In this document: positions 27,608-39,045 of the stretch, one piece after another
How the letters are laid out: every line of letters starts with the position of its first letter
How positions within the stretch are numbered: position 1 is the first letter of the stretch
Source of the DNA: an uncultured Pelagibacteraceae bacterium
GTDB taxonomy: Bacteria > Pseudomonadota > Alphaproteobacteria > Pelagibacterales > Pelagibacteraceae
Direction: 5' to 3'
Assembly (NCBI GenBank): GCA_902617715.1
Contig: CACMXS010000005.1
Span: 489 to 64,488, forward strand
DNA: 64,000 nucleotides
Program-made: the position numbers and the translations under genes
The notes under the pieces: generated by a model
What the model was told of the DNA's origin: nothing
Databases searched by the model: none
The model's input: only the letters and a program-made list of their open reading frames with translations

Positions 27608-28573
27608 ATGGCTGTTTACACAAAAATAAATAAAAAAAATCTTTCATATATAAATAGAAAATTTAAATCTAAAAAATTTATCAGCTTCAAAGGAATTAAA
27701 CAAGGAATTGAAAATACAAACTATTTACTGAAAACAAAGAATGAAAAATTTATTTTGACGATTTTTGAAAAAAGAGTGTCAAAAAAAGAATTGCCTTTTT
27801 TTATGAAACTCATGGATCAATTAAATAATTCTAAAATAAATTGTCCTAATCCTCTTAGAAATAATGAGGGTAATTATTTGATCAAGTTAAAAAATAAAAG
27901 TGCATGTATAGTTTCTTTTCTTAAGGGAAAAGACAAAAAAATACTTAATAGTAAAAATTGTTATGATGTTGGTAAGATAATTGCTGAGATGCATTCATCA
28001 ACTAAAAAGATCAAACTTTACAGAAAAAATTCGATGGGAATAAAAAACCTAAGACCTCTTTTAAATAAAATTAAATTTAAATCAAAAAAATTTACTAATT
28101 TAGAAAAATTTTTAAAAATAAACTTTACAGATATAAAAAATAATTGGCCAAAAAAATTACCTAGTGGAATAATACATGGAGATTTATTCATAGATAATAT
28201 TTTTTTCAAAAAAAATAAGATCTCTGGAATCATAGATTTTTATTTTGCTGCGAATGATTATTTTATGTATGAAATTGCAATATGTATAAACGCATTGTGT
28301 TTTGATAAAAAAAACCCACAATTTAAATTGAATAAAAAAAAGGTAAAAAATTTGATAAAAGGGTATGAAAGTAAAAGAAAAATTTCACTTAAAGAAAAAA
28401 AATCACTAAATATTTTATGTCGAGCTGCCGCAATGAGATATTTTCTTACAAGGCTTTATGACTACACAAATACCCCAAAAACAGCTTTGATTAAAATTAA
28501 AGATCCCAGAGAATATTATCAAAAATTGATAGTGCACAATAATTTAAAAAAATATAAAGATTATTTAGTTTAA
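27608..28573 (+). CDS. thrB: Homoserine kinase type II
   Basis: MAVYT, GIENTNY, ILTIFE, HGDLFIDN, IIDFYFA, KDP. Confidence 0.93.
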   Translation: MAVYTKINKKNLSYINRKFKSKKFISFKGIKQGIENTNYLLKTKNEKFILTIFEKRVSKKELPFFMKLMDQLNNSKINCPNPLRNNEGNYLIKLKNKSACIVSFLKGKDKKILNSKNCYDVGKIIAEMHSSTKKIKLYRKNSMGIKNLRPLLNKIKFKSKKFTNLEKFLKINFTDIKNNWPKKLPSGIIHGDLFIDNIFFKKNKISGIIDFYFAANDYFMYEIAICINALCFDKKNPQFKLNKKKVKNLIKGYESKRKISLKEKKSLNILCRAAAMRYFLTRLYDYTNTPKTALIKIKDPREYYQKLIVHNNLKKYKDYLV

Positions 28574-28995
28574 TGATTAAAATTTATACTGATGGTTCAT
28601 GTATTGGAAATCCAGGTAAAGGCGGTTGGGCAGCAATAATATTAGATGATGGGAAGAAAACTGAAATAAAAGGAAGTAAAAATGATACTACAAATAATCA
28701 GATGGAATTATTAGCACCTATAAAAGCTCTTAAAGAAATTCCAAAAGGTAGCAAAGTTAAAATTTTTACTGACTCTAAATACGTAAAATCTGGAATAACT
28801 GAATGGATACATAATTGGAAAAAAAATGGATGGAAAACTTCAAATAAAAAAGATGTAAGTAATAAAGAACTTTGGACAGAACTAGATCTACTAAATAATG
28901 AATTCGAAATAAGTTGGAATTGGGTAAAAGCTCACTCAACTGATGAATTAAATAATAAAGTCGATTTGCTAGCTAAAAATGCTGCAAACTTATAA
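28573..28995 (+). CDS. rnhA: Ribonuclease HI
   Basis: YTDGSCIGNPG, TTNNQMEL, TDSKY, WVKAH. Confidence 0.96.
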   Translation: MIKIYTDGSCIGNPGKGGWAAIILDDGKKTEIKGSKNDTTNNQMELLAPIKALKEIPKGSKVKIFTDSKYVKSGITEWIHNWKKNGWKTSNKKDVSNKELWTELDLLNNEFEISWNWVKAHSTDELNNKVDLLAKNAANL

Positions 28996-29478
28996 TAAAT
29001 TATTTAACAAATTTTCTGCTGATGTTAAACCGCATTCTTTAGTTTCTTTTTCTACATGAATATTAACAACTGTAGAGTTTTCAATAACCATCAAATAACG
29101 ATTTGATCTAATTCCCATTCCTTTTGCATTTCGATCAACCTCTGCACCAATTGCTTTAGTAAATAGTAAATAAGGATCACATAACATTTTAATTTTATTT
29201 CCAGTGTTATTAATCTTTCCCCATGCATTCATCACATAAGGATCATTTACTGATAAACAAAATATATTTTCAATTCCTTTAGCTTTGATTTTGTCTGCAT
29301 TTGCTACAAAACCTGGTAGATGAAGTTTTGAACAAGTTGATGTAAATGCTCCAGGTAATCCAAACAAAACAATTTTTCCATTACCTATAACTTCTTTTAA
29401 TTTGTTTTTTTGAGGCTCTCCATCAACAAGTTGAAAAATCTCTGTATTTGGTATTTGATCTTTTATTTTAAGTTTCAT
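28990..29478 (-). CDS. Peroxiredoxin (Prx5/redoxin family)
   Basis: PGAFTSTCS...HLPG, SVNDPYVMNAW. Confidence 0.92.
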   Translation of the reverse strand: MKLKIKDQIPNTEIFQLVDGEPQKNKLKEVIGNGKIVLFGLPGAFTSTCSKLHLPGFVANADKIKAKGIENIFCLSVNDPYVMNAWGKINNTGNKIKMLCDPYLLFTKAIGAEVDRNAKGMGIRSNRYLMVIENSTVVNIHVEKETKECGLTSAENLLNNLL

Positions 29479-30848
29479 ATAGAATTCATTACATATTTTT
29501 TAATTTTTTCAATATCATTTGAAAGAATTTCAAATTTTTCTTTTCTGTCATTAACATATTGAAGACTATCTGGTAAATTTTCAGTCTTTGAGAGTGCATC
29601 TTCTATTGCTTTTGGAAATTTGCACGGGTGAGCAGTTGATAATACAACACAATTTTTTTCTAATCCCAATTTTCTCACAGCACCAATGCCTACCGCAGTA
29701 TGAGGATCGACTACCATCTGATGTTCATCATTAATAATCTTTATTATTTCAATAGTTTCATTTTCATCAAGCATCTCAGATATAAAATTCTTCTTAATTA
29801 TATCTAAATCATTTTTATCAATTCTATAAGTATTTTTTTTTATTTCAGCCATTACATCTTTTATAACCTCTGAGTTACAATCTTTTATATCATATAAAAG
29901 TCTTTCGAAATTACTTGCTATTTGTATATCCATACTTGGAGTATTTGTTTCCTCAACTTTCTTTTGAGTATAATCACCTCCTGATATTGCCCTATGAAGT
30001 ATGTCATTTTTATTTGTAGCAACGATCAATTTATCAATTGGAAGTCCTAGTTTTTTTGCCAAATAACCCGCATAAATATCTCCAAAATTACCTGTTGGAA
30101 CACTAAATGATAGAGGTTGACCATTTCCAACTTTAAAATAAGCATAAAAATAATACACAGCTTGAGCAATAATTCTTGCCCAATTTATTGAATTAACACC
30201 AGACATATTAATTGCTTTAGAAAATTTTTCATCATTGAACATTGCTTTTACCAAATTTTGACAATCATCAAAGTTGCCCTCTACTGCAATGTTAAAAACA
30301 TTACTCTCTTCATGTATTGTCATTAGTTTTCTTTGTACTGGTGAAATTCTTTTATTTGGATGTAATACAAAAACATTTAAATTATTTTTTCCTTTTAAAG
30401 CATCTATAGCAGCTGCACCTGTGTCGCCTGAAGTTGCTACTATAATGTTAATTTTTTTTTGATTTTGTCCTAAATGATATTGATAAAAATTACCTATCAA
30501 TTGCATTGCGATATCTTTAAAAGCAAGTGTAGGACCATGAAATAGCTCTAAAACTTTTAAATTTCCTAGCTTGGAGATTTTTACAACATTGTTAGATCTG
30601 AAATTTGAGTATGATTTTGAAATCAAAGAGGCTAAATCATTTTTAGACATGAAATCTCCTATGAATGGATAAATTATTTCAGCTGCCAAATCGTTGTAAC
30701 TAAGGTTTTTTAAATTATCTAATTCCTCTTTATTAAATGGTTTTATTAATTGAGGCACAAATAGCCCTCCATCATCTGCTAGGCCTTTGAGAAAAACATC
30801 CTTAAAAGTAAAGTTTTTCTGATTATTCCTTGTACTAATGTAATTCAT
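29475..30848 (-). CDS. thrC: Threonine synthase
   Basis: YISTR, LFHGPTLAFKD, ATSGDTG, NSINWAR, PTGNFG, DPHTA. Confidence 0.97.
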   Translation of the reverse strand: MNYISTRNNQKNFTFKDVFLKGLADDGGLFVPQLIKPFNKEELDNLKNLSYNDLAAEIIYPFIGDFMSKNDLASLISKSYSNFRSNNVVKISKLGNLKVLELFHGPTLAFKDIAMQLIGNFYQYHLGQNQKKINIIVATSGDTGAAAIDALKGKNNLNVFVLHPNKRISPVQRKLMTIHEESNVFNIAVEGNFDDCQNLVKAMFNDEKFSKAINMSGVNSINWARIIAQAVYYFYAYFKVGNGQPLSFSVPTGNFGDIYAGYLAKKLGLPIDKLIVATNKNDILHRAISGGDYTQKKVEETNTPSMDIQIASNFERLLYDIKDCNSEVIKDVMAEIKKNTYRIDKNDLDIIKKNFISEMLDENETIEIIKIINDEHQMVVDPHTAVGIGAVRKLGLEKNCVVLSTAHPCKFPKAIEDALSKTENLPDSLQYVNDRKEKFEILSNDIEKIKKYVMNSI

Positions 30849-31502
30849 TTAATAATTCTTTTTTCTAAAATATAAATATAGCAAAAGAATTGAAATCGCT
30901 AATGAAAACCATGTCATCGCGTATTTTTTATGATTATTTGAAATATTGGCAGTAATTTTTTTTGGTCTTGGAAATTGATAATTTCCATCCAAATAAATTA
31001 TATATTTGGAAAATTTTTTGCCAGTAAATTTTAAGATATCATCTCTGTTTAAGCTGAACCAGTAATTTTCTTTAATATCATTGTCTGGTTTAAAAATGTT
31101 TTTTCTTCCCTGAGCTTTGAGAATTCCAATTATATTATTTTGATCAAATATATTGATTTCTGGATTATCCTTTTTTTCAAATGGTATCCAGCCTCGATTA
31201 ATCAAGTAATTTTCATTATTGATTAAAATTGGATTAATTACTTCAAATCCTGGTATTCCAGTATCGTTCAAATTATATAAATAAATTTGTTTTTCAAAAT
31301 CAATAATACCTGATGTTTTAATTTTTAGAAAATTTTTCTTATCTGATTGAGAAAGTTCTATTGGTGGATTTTTTAATGATTCTTCAATTTCTAAAATCAG
31401 ATTATTCTTCCAATTTAATCGAATTATTTGCCAAGAACCTAGTGCAATGAAAACTAATATGAAAAAAATTATAAAAACTGAAAATAAAAATTTATACTTC
31501 AA
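30849..31502 (-). CDS. surf1: SURF1-family cytochrome oxidase biogenesis protein
   Basis: LGSWQ..RL.WK, INRGWIP, NNH..YAMTWF; TTG start. Confidence 0.92.
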   Translation of the reverse strand: MKYKFLFSVFIIFFILVFIALGSWQIIRLNWKNNLILEIEESLKNPPIELSQSDKKNFLKIKTSGIIDFEKQIYLYNLNDTGIPGFEVINPILINNENYLINRGWIPFEKKDNPEINIFDQNNIIGILKAQGRKNIFKPDNDIKENYWFSLNRDDILKFTGKKFSKYIIYLDGNYQFPRPKKITANISNNHKKYAMTWFSLAISILLLYLYFRKKNY

Positions 31503-31511
31503 AACTCAAAA

Positions 31512-32300
31512 TTAGCTTCCCCAAATATATATCGCAGCAAATAAAAATAGCCATACTACATCAACAAAATGCCAATACCAAGCTGCGGCTTCAAAACCAA
31601 AATGGTGGTCTTTATTAAAGTGGCCTAATTTTCCACGCCATAAACATACCGCTAAAAATATAGTCCCAACAATCACGTGAAAACCATGAAATCCTGTTGC
31701 CATATAAAAAACTGATCCATAAATATGATCAGAGAAGGCAAATGTTGCATGATGATATTCATACGCTTGTAGAGCTGTAAAACAAACACCAAGAATTACT
31801 GTCAAAATTAATCCGTTTATAAAACTTTTTCTGTCACCTTCAAGAAGAGCATGATGTGACCATGTAACTGTTGTACCTGACAATAATAAAACCAGAGTAT
31901 TTATTAATGGAATATCCCAAGGATCAAAAGTTTCAATATCCTTTGGTGGCCAGACATTACCTACAAACTCATTAGGGAAAAGACTTACATCAAAGTAGGC
32001 CCAAAACCATGCCACAAAAAACATTACTTCCGATGCAATAAACAATGTCATTCCATAACGATGATGAATTTGTACTACTGGAGTATGATGTCCCTGATGC
32101 TCAGCCTCAATCACAACATCTCTAAACCACATGTATGCTCCGTAAATTAATAAAGCAAAACCCAAATACATTCCCCACGATACATCTGAATGCATATAAT
32201 AAACTGCACCTAGTGCTAAAACTAAACAAGAAAACGAAACATAGATTGGCCAAGGACTTGGGTCTACCAAATGATAATCATGTTTTTTTTCAGCTGACAT
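31512..32300 (-). CDS. ctaE: Cytochrome c oxidase subunit III
   Basis: HLVDPSPWP, FIASEVMFF, TGFHGFHV, AAAWYWHFVDVVW. Confidence 0.97.
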   Translation of the reverse strand: MSAEKKHDYHLVDPSPWPIYVSFSCLVLALGAVYYMHSDVSWGMYLGFALLIYGAYMWFRDVVIEAEHQGHHTPVVQIHHRYGMTLFIASEVMFFVAWFWAYFDVSLFPNEFVGNVWPPKDIETFDPWDIPLINTLVLLLSGTTVTWSHHALLEGDRKSFINGLILTVILGVCFTALQAYEYHHATFAFSDHIYGSVFYMATGFHGFHVIVGTIFLAVCLWRGKLGHFNKDHHFGFEAAAWYWHFVDVVWLFLFAAIYIWGS

Positions 32301-32308
32301 TTTTCGGA

Positions 32309-32842
32309 TTATGATTGTTTATAGTAATCTGTCGAGAAAAAAGTATACGACATAGTTACATCTTGTAAGTTTTTCACAGTCGGATCATTAATCATTTCGG
32401 GGTCTAAATAGAAAGTCATTACATATGTAGCTTTTTCTCCAGCTTTTAACTCCTGTTTTTCAAAACAAAAACATCCTAATTTACTATAATATTTACCAAA
32501 GCTGGCAGGTGAAACATTGAAACTTGCTACTCCAGCTGTTGGCTCATCACTATAATTTGTTACTTCAAACTCTATTTTGTTAACTTGACCAACTTTTACA
32601 TCGATAACATTTGATTTAGCCTCAAAATCCCATGGTAAGTTATTTACATTAGTATCAAATCTGACACTAACAACTTTATCTAAAACTATTTTTGGAGCAT
32701 TATTTGATACTTGGATAGTCCCACCAAAGCCAGTAACTCTACAAAAAAGATCATATAAAGGAACTGCTGCATAAGATAAACTTAACATTATAACAAAAAT
32801 ACCAGCTAAGACTATTGGGGTTAATTTCTTTCTTTCAATCAT
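32309..32842 (-). CDS. ctaG: Cytochrome c oxidase assembly copper chaperone CtaG/Cox11
   Basis: VPLYDLFCRVTGFGG, CFCF. Confidence 0.96.
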   Translation of the reverse strand: MIERKKLTPIVLAGIFVIMLSLSYAAVPLYDLFCRVTGFGGTIQVSNNAPKIVLDKVVSVRFDTNVNNLPWDFEAKSNVIDVKVGQVNKIEFEVTNYSDEPTAGVASFNVSPASFGKYYSKLGCFCFEKQELKAGEKATYVMTFYLDPEMINDPTVKNLQDVTMSYTFFSTDYYKQS

Positions 32843-32964
32843 ATGGCTCTATCAAATACTCCTGTATTATATAAAGTAAAAAAGAAGAGGAAAATCATAA
32901 AAGCAATAATTGCAAGTGCAGTAATTATATTTTTTTTTTTCGTTTTTTTATCTGGCGTTATCAT
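32839..32964 (-). CDS. 41-aa single-TM protein, CoxF-like
   Basis: Translated by hand: MITPDKKTKKKNIITALAIIAFMIFLFFFTLYNTGVFDRAI*. ATGA overlaps with both the ctaB stop and the ctaG start. Not in the ORF track. Confidence 0.8.
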   Translation of the reverse strand: MITPDKKTKKKNIITALAIIAFMIFLFFFTLYNTGVFDRAI

Positions 32965-33872
32965 AATATTTTATCTATCAGAAAAAGGACAAAAATTAAA
33001 AACAAATAAAGTATTGAATATCCAAATATTGATTTGGCCTTTTTTGAATTAAACTTATTTTTCTTATAATTAAATAATTCGTAACATAAAAAGTTATAAT
33101 AAAATGTTAATAATAATGAAGGTACTAAAAAAGTTAATCCAACAAAACTTATTAAATATGGAAAAATTATAACTGGAAGCATTAATAGTGAGTAAACAAA
33201 TATATTTATTTTTGTACTCTCAACTCCATTTGTTAAAGGAAGCATTGGTATATTAGCTTTTTTATAATCATCTGACTTATACAAACTTAAAGCCCAAAAA
33301 TGAGAGGGAGTCCAAAAAAATATTATTAGAAAAAAGACCAACGGTTCAATTGAAAGTGAACCGGTTGCAATTGTCCATCCAATCACAGGAGGAAATGCTC
33401 CAGCAGCTCCACCAATGACGATATTTTGTGGTGTTCGTCTTTTTAACCAGATTGTATAAACAAAAACATAAAACAAAATTGTTAAAAGTAATATTGCAGC
33501 CGAAATTCTATTAGTAAAATAATCTAATGCTACTACTGAAACAATTGATAGACTAACTCCAAATATAAGAGCCTGATTTCTGTTGACTTTTCCTGTCGGG
33601 ATAGGTCTTAAGCAGGTCCTGGTCATTAAAGCATCAAGATCGGATTCATACCACATATTCAATGCTCCAGCAGCTCCTGCACCTAATGAGACCAGCAGAA
33701 TTCCAATTATAGCATCTTTTGTCGAAACAAGATTTGGAGCAGTCAACAAACCAACTGCACATGTAAAGATCACTAGAGACATAACTCTGGGCTTCATCAA
33801 TTTAAATAGCTCAGAGAAATTGAATAAATCTTCTTGTGATACACTTCTTTTTTTTAGTTTTGAATTATCCAT
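32961..33872 (-). CDS. ctaB: Protoheme IX farnesyltransferase (heme O synthase)
   Basis: LMKPRV, DLDALMTRTCLRPIP, YTIWLKRRTPQNIVIGGAAGA, FWTPSHFWAL. Confidence 0.96.
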   Translation of the reverse strand: MDNSKLKKRSVSQEDLFNFSELFKLMKPRVMSLVIFTCAVGLLTAPNLVSTKDAIIGILLVSLGAGAAGALNMWYESDLDALMTRTCLRPIPTGKVNRNQALIFGVSLSIVSVVALDYFTNRISAAILLLTILFYVFVYTIWLKRRTPQNIVIGGAAGAFPPVIGWTIATGSLSIEPLVFFLIIFFWTPSHFWALSLYKSDDYKKANIPMLPLTNGVESTKINIFVYSLLMLPVIIFPYLISFVGLTFLVPSLLLTFYYNFLCYELFNYKKNKFNSKKAKSIFGYSILYLFLIFVLFLIDKIL

Positions 33873-33892
33873 CAATTTTTTTAGCTTTTATT

Positions 33893-35530
<1,638 letters not shown>

Positions 35531-36343
35531 TTATTTACTCACTAATTTAAGTTTATCATTTTCAATTTCATCTTTTGCAAATTTTACTCGTGCCTCAGAT
35601 AACCATTCTTGATAGTCTTCTTCACTTACTACCTTAACTGTTATTGGCATAAATGCGTGCTTTATTCCACAAAGCTCTGAACATTGACCATAATATGTTC
35701 CAACTTTTTCAGCTTTAAACCATGTTTCATTAATTCTTCCAGGTACTGCATCTCTTTTCACTCCAAACGATGGTAAGGCCCAAGCATGCAAAACATCATT
35801 TGCTGTAATCAAAACTTTTACTACTTTATCAACTGGCACTACTACTTCATTATCTACGGCTAATAATCTTGGTTGATTTGCCTTCAAATCTTTTTCCTCT
35901 ATCATGTAAGAGTCAAAAATAATATTTTCATCTGGATATTCATACCCCCAGTACCACTGATAACCAATAGCCTTAATTGTTAAATCTGCTTTAGGTATTG
36001 TGTCTTGTTTATATAAAATTTTAAACGAAGGAACTGCCATTACTATTAGGATTAAGCATGGAATTAAAGTCCATAAAACTTCTACAGTAACATTATGAGT
36101 TCTTTTTGAAGGATTTGGATTAGCTGAAGCTCTAAATCTAACACATGCATAAAGCATTAAGAATAAAACGAACACACTGATTGCAATTATTATTGGTAAT
36201 AAAAGTTTGTCATGAAAAGCAACTATATCTCTCATAGACTCCGATGCGGCTTTTTGAAAACCTAATTGCCAATCAACTGGCTGATTTGCAAAAGCATTTT
36301 GCGATATAAAAATTCCTGGAAATATGTAAAAAAAAATTTTCAT
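35531..36343 (-). CDS. ctaC: Cytochrome c oxidase subunit II
   Basis: QWYWGYEY, DVLHAW, CuA motif CSELCGIKHAFM. Confidence 0.98.
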   Translation of the reverse strand: MKIFFYIFPGIFISQNAFANQPVDWQLGFQKAASESMRDIVAFHDKLLLPIIIAISVFVLFLMLYACVRFRASANPNPSKRTHNVTVEVLWTLIPCLILIVMAVPSFKILYKQDTIPKADLTIKAIGYQWYWGYEYPDENIIFDSYMIEEKDLKANQPRLLAVDNEVVVPVDKVVKVLITANDVLHAWALPSFGVKRDAVPGRINETWFKAEKVGTYYGQCSELCGIKHAFMPITVKVVSEEDYQEWLSEARVKFAKDEIENDKLKLVSK

Positions 36344-36404
36344 TTATAACTAGCTATATAAAGCTCTTTTATAAAAATTACACTTTAGTTTTCGCGACAA
36401 TTTA

Positions 36405-37106
36405 TCAATTAATCACATAATTTAAGATTGAAATAGCTGATATCACAGCAGTTTCTGATCGTAAAATATTATCATTAATTTTTAGAGCCTGGACACCGTT
36501 AAAAGACAGAATCTCCTCTCTTTCAGACTCTGAAAAATCACCCTCTGGACCTATTATAATACAAATAGGTTTGTTTGTTAACTTTGATTTATCAATTTTT
36601 TTATTGTTAGAGTTCAAATCAGTTAAAATTAAATCCATTGAATTTGATTTTAAAAAATTTTTTAAATTTTGAGCTTTCTCAATGACAGGTACATTAAGAC
36701 GGTTAGACTGTTCACTTGCTTCAACTACTATCTTTTGAAACCGTTCATTATTAATTTTTCTAACAATTGTTCGATCAAAAATAATTGGTAAAAATTTTGT
36801 CACTCCTAATTCAGTTGCTTTTTGTATCATAAAATTTTGAAAATTTGATTTAATTGGGGAGAATGCTAACCACAATTCTTTTGAACTTTCCTTTTTTCTT
36901 ATTTGTTTAACTATTTTAAATTCAACAATACCTTTCGATATTTCTAAAACTTTTGCTTCCCATTCTCCATTTTTGTTAAAAAGCGAAAACACCTCATTTT
37001 CTTTTACTCTCATCACTTTAGTTAAATAATGAGATTGTGGTTTATCTAATTTTTCAGTCATATTCTCTGATAATATGTTTGAAAAAAATAATCTTATATT
37101 ACTCAT
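36405..37106 (-). CDS. rsmE: 16S rRNA m3U1498 methyltransferase
   Basis: HYLTKVMR, QKATELGV, EASEQS, IGPEGDFS, ILRSETA. Confidence 0.95.
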   Translation of the reverse strand: MSNIRLFFSNILSENMTEKLDKPQSHYLTKVMRVKENEVFSLFNKNGEWEAKVLEISKGIVEFKIVKQIRKKESSKELWLAFSPIKSNFQNFMIQKATELGVTKFLPIIFDRTIVRKINNERFQKIVVEASEQSNRLNVPVIEKAQNLKNFLKSNSMDLILTDLNSNNKKIDKSKLTNKPICIIIGPEGDFSESEREEILSFNGVQALKINDNILRSETAVISAISILNYVIN

Positions 37107-37123
37107 TTATGCTAAGTTAATTT

Positions 37124-37786
37124 ATGAAAAATATTAAAGCAATAATTTTTGATGCTTACGGTACTTTGTTTGATGTCAATTCTGCTGCAGAAAAATGTAA
37201 AGATAAAATTGGTGATAAATGGGAGCCATTTGCAAATTTTTGGAGAACAACTCAGTTAGAATATACTTGGCTTCGGAGTTTAATGGGGAGGCATAAAGAT
37301 TTTTGGCAAATTACCGAAGATAGCTTAGATAAATCTATGAAAGTTTTCCAAATAGACTCTTCTATGAGAGATGATTTACTAAATCTCTATAAAGTTCTTT
37401 CACCTTTTAAAGAAGTACACAAAACTTTAAAGACTCTTAAGGAAAAAAAATTTAAATTAGCAATTCTTTCAAATGGAACGCCGTCTTTACTCAATGAACT
37501 AGTTAAAAGTAATAATTTAGAAAATTTATTTGATGATGTTTTTTCAATTGAAGAAGTAGGAATTTATAAACCAAACTCTAAAGTTTATGACATGCCAATA
37601 AAAAAATATAAAATTGAAAAAAACGAAGTTGCTTTCTTAAGTGCAAACACATGGGATGTTTCCGGTGGTGGAAATTATGGTTATCAATCTATTTGGGTAA
37701 ATAGAAATAATAATATCTTTGATATTTTAGACTTTAAGCCCAACTTTGAAATTAAAGATTTATCTGGATTATTAAGTAAATTTTAA
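37124..37786 (+). CDS. L-2-haloacid dehalogenase (HAD type II)
   Basis: FDAYGTLFDV, WRTTQLEYTW, LSNG, YKP, SANTWDV. Confidence 0.9.
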   Translation: MKNIKAIIFDAYGTLFDVNSAAEKCKDKIGDKWEPFANFWRTTQLEYTWLRSLMGRHKDFWQITEDSLDKSMKVFQIDSSMRDDLLNLYKVLSPFKEVHKTLKTLKEKKFKLAILSNGTPSLLNELVKSNNLENLFDDVFSIEEVGIYKPNSKVYDMPIKKYKIEKNEVAFLSANTWDVSGGGNYGYQSIWVNRNNNIFDILDFKPNFEIKDLSGLLSKF

Positions 37787-37802
37787 TATATAAATAATAC
37801 TA

Positions 37803-38171
37803 ATGACAAAATTTTTTGATTTAATTGCAAGAATTTCAATTTCTATTTTATTTCTTTTAAATGGTATTTTTAAAATAAATAATTACGAGGGAACTGTTGG
37901 TTGGATGGAAAGCTTCGGTCTACCAGGTATACTAATTATTCCAGCTATAATTCTTGAAATTATTGGGCCAATCTTAATTATTATTGGTTTCCAAACTAGA
38001 ATCGCTGCAGGAGCTTTAAGTTTATTTTGTATTGCTACTGCCATAATATTTCATAACAATTTTAGTGATCAAATGCAATTAAATGCTTTCTTAAAAAATA
38101 TTGCTTTAGCTGGTGGTTTTTTATTTTTAGTAGTTAATGGTGCTAAAGGCTATTGTTTAGATAAAAAGTAA
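37803..38171 (+). CDS. DoxX-family membrane protein
   Basis: Four TMs, LE..G..LIIIGFQTRIAA, FH, FLKNIALAGG. Confidence 0.9.
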   Translation: MTKFFDLIARISISILFLLNGIFKINNYEGTVGWMESFGLPGILIIPAIILEIIGPILIIIGFQTRIAAGALSLFCIATAIIFHNNFSDQMQLNAFLKNIALAGGFLFLVVNGAKGYCLDKK

Positions 38172-38208
38172 TCTTGAATAAATCATTTAAATAATTAATT
38201 TCAATACA

Positions 38209-39045
38209 ATGAAAAATATTGAAGTAAAAGAAATTATAGATCCTATCTCTGCCTCCGATGGTGCGGGGGTAAAGTTAAAAAGAAGTATAGGAGTTGAACC
38301 TAACTACTTTGATCCATTTTTAATGTTAGATGAATTCGGTTCTGAAAATAGCGAAGATTATATTGCTGGTTTTCCACCTCACCCACATAGAGGTATTGAA
38401 ACGGTTACTTACATGTTAGCAGGAGATTTCGAACATAAAGATAGCACTGGTGGTGAAGGGAGGATGACAGCTGGAGATGTTCAGTGGATGAAAACAGGAA
38501 GTGGTATAATTCACTCTGAAATGCCCGCTATGAAAGAAGGTAAACTTCATGGTTTTCAGTTATGGATTAATATGCCAGCCAAACTTAAAATGAGTAAACC
38601 TGAATATATTTATATTGATGCAGATAAAATGAGTGTGCATCAAGATGAAGATAAGCAAGTAAAAGTAATAGCTGGTAAATTTGAAAAAGCTGAAGGCCCT
38701 GTAAAAGGACACAACGTTGAGCCTGTGTATTTTGATGTTGAGTTAAATAAAGACAAAGAATTTAATTTTAATTTACCATCTACACATAATACTTTCGTTT
38801 ATTTAATTAATGGTGAAATAGAAATTGGTTCTAAAAAACACGATAATGTTACAGATAGTACTTTAATATTACTCACAAAAGGTGATGAATTAAAAGTAAA
38901 AGCAAAAACAAAAGCAAAATTTTTAGTGATATCAGGTAAACCAATTAATGAGGAAATCGCAAGAGGTGGCCCTTTTGTAATGAATACTAAAGCAGAAATC
39001 TTGCAGGCTATCCAAGATTATCATAATGGTAACTTTGTTAAATGA
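38209..39045 (+). CDS. Pirin-family protein
   Basis: DPFLMLD, HPHRGIETVTY, GSGIIHSE, QLWINMP, GPFVMNT. Confidence 0.95.
   Translation: MKNIEVKEIIDPISASDGAGVKLKRSIGVEPNYFDPFLMLDEFGSENSEDYIAGFPPHPHRGIETVTYMLAGDFEHKDSTGGEGRMTAGDVQWMKTGSGIIHSEMPAMKEGKLHGFQLWINMPAKLKMSKPEYIYIDADKMSVHQDEDKQVKVIAGKFEKAEGPVKGHNVEPVYFDVELNKDKEFNFNLPSTHNTFVYLINGEIEIGSKKHDNVTDSTLILLTKGDELKVKAKTKAKFLVISGKPINEEIARGGPFVMNTKAEILQAIQDYHNGNFVK

Noticed and set aside
32843-33052. 69-aa plus-strand ORF in the cox operon
   Set aside because: It is the shadow of the minus-strand CoxF-like ORF and the end of ctaB; the minus-strand ORF has operon orientation and ATGA coupling.
36344-36404. GTCGC half-site upstream of ctaC as a RegA/PrrA box
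   Set aside because: Only one half-site is present; insufficient support.
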